A DNA stretch of 63,999 nucleotides, the filler included, from Folioceros fuciformis (lineage: Eukaryota), in assembly GCA_049999805.1 (NCBI GenBank). It is 15 parts of 15 records of this genome, joined end to end, with 100 filler letters (N's around TTAATTAATTAA, not from the genome) between each part and the next. Parts side by side here need not be neighbours in the genome. Positions count along the whole stretch, not along the records: positions 62,996 to 63,999 come from JBNGIO010002715.1; 14 more parts are not named here. One strand, written 5' to 3'. Positions 62,996-63,999 of this stretch are shown piece after piece (within the stretch, counting starts at the first letter, position 1; each line of letters opens with the position of its first letter). The translations under genes were made by a program, and so were the position numbers. A model generated the notes under the pieces. That model did no database searches, had not been told where the DNA came from, and saw only the letters and a program-made list of their open reading frames with translations.

Positions 62996-63999
62996 TATGT
63001 AGACCTCCTGGTACCCCACCTCTCCTCCAAAGGCCAAGGACGTCCAGCCACCCCCAGAGACCTGGTCAGGCATCCGATTCGCCCAGAGTACCATGGTCCA
63101 AGAAGACTTTGGGTATAAATACCCTAGTCTTTTTCTCAACCTAGGCCATTTTTCCTCACATTTTCACAAAAAAGATCACAACCTGGGTATTCTGTCTCTC
63201 AAAATGGGAGTTCCGAAAGTTTTTTTCCTCTATAAACGGTAAGACCACTGGCAAGAGCAGAATTACTAAGAGCTGTACAAAACGTGTCTCAACTCTCTGG
63301 TAATGTGACCAACAAAAAACATAGCTCTCATAGAATCTGGGAACGAGATACCTTGAGATGAGAGCTAGCTGAAAATGGTATTGAACTCATTCAGATGATC
63401 AGACATCCTCGTCCCTTCCTTCATCTTCTAGTCCATCAGCTATTTCAACCAGTACATCTGAGAAGCCACACTTTGCTTCTCATATGAGTTTGAGGGCACC
63501 GAGAGAGGTGCAGCTGACCGCTGGACAGTGAGGCCTGTCCTATGCCTAATCGGAGCTAGAGAGGAGCCCTCAAATCCATCATCGAGTCGATTGAGTCCAA
63601 CCCTCCTTCCACAGCAGCAAGGAACCCCATCGCTCCTTCGTGGGAACGGAACCCAATGTCTCAACGACAGTGGGATAAGTGTGGCCACTAAAGGTGGAAC
63701 CCGTCGGCAATCAATGCCCGGGGTTTTTCCTCCACATCTTTCCAGAACAGGAAGTTAGTACCATCTAACTTCTCGATATTGAACATGACGTTTTCTGAGG
63801 ACGTCATGTTTCAAAATCGATGCAAATCAAGCAAAATGCTAGTTAGAAACTGTCGGAATAATGTAGATTTTGTTACCCTCAATCTCATCCCGAATCGGCT
63901 GTCCACAAGCCGACTTGTAGAGGAAAAAAATATTTGCGAACCCCTTTTTGAACGACAGATTTGGACGCTATGAGACATGGCCGGCCTACAGCACTTGTC
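62996..63999 (-). mobile_element. Ty1/copia leader and gag, interrupted by a TGTGGAGG LTR fragment
   Basis: MTSSENVMFNIEKLDGTNFLFWK (~63738-63809), then YEKQS...MKEG...HLNEFN...LPES below 63484. Confidence 0.85.
63485..63736 (-). mobile_element. TGTGGAGG LTR family, truncated copy 4
   Basis: Matches 485-736. Confidence 0.88.

Overview
Eukaryotic plant-type nuclear DNA (spliceosomal introns, TTTAGGG repeats; probably a non-seed streptophyte, which is inference only). It is not one locus: 15 contigs are joined by 14 identical artificial 100-nt spacers (N44-TTAATTAATTAA-N44). Most of the window is decayed, nested retrotransposon sequence: many Ty1/copia pieces, a Ty3/gypsy integrase ending in a PHD finger, two CRE-like RT/restriction-like-endonuclease non-LTR elements, a recurrent TGTGGAGG LTR and a GC-rich non-coding repeat family. 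Host genes are a mitochondrial PDH E2-family gene, an HIR/SPFH gene, the 3' part of CTP synthase, a CDPK-related kinase without EF-hands and a RING-H2 protein. The most notable observations are: (1) the E2-family gene has one lipoyl domain and DSRVLDA instead of the catalytic DHRxxDG, the signature of the non-catalytic E3-binding protein (PDHX); (2) a 1.17-kb contig with no CpA/TpG, a saturated RIP-type signature; (3) telomeric repeats filling a deletion junction in a copia element; (4) the PHD-bearing integrase.
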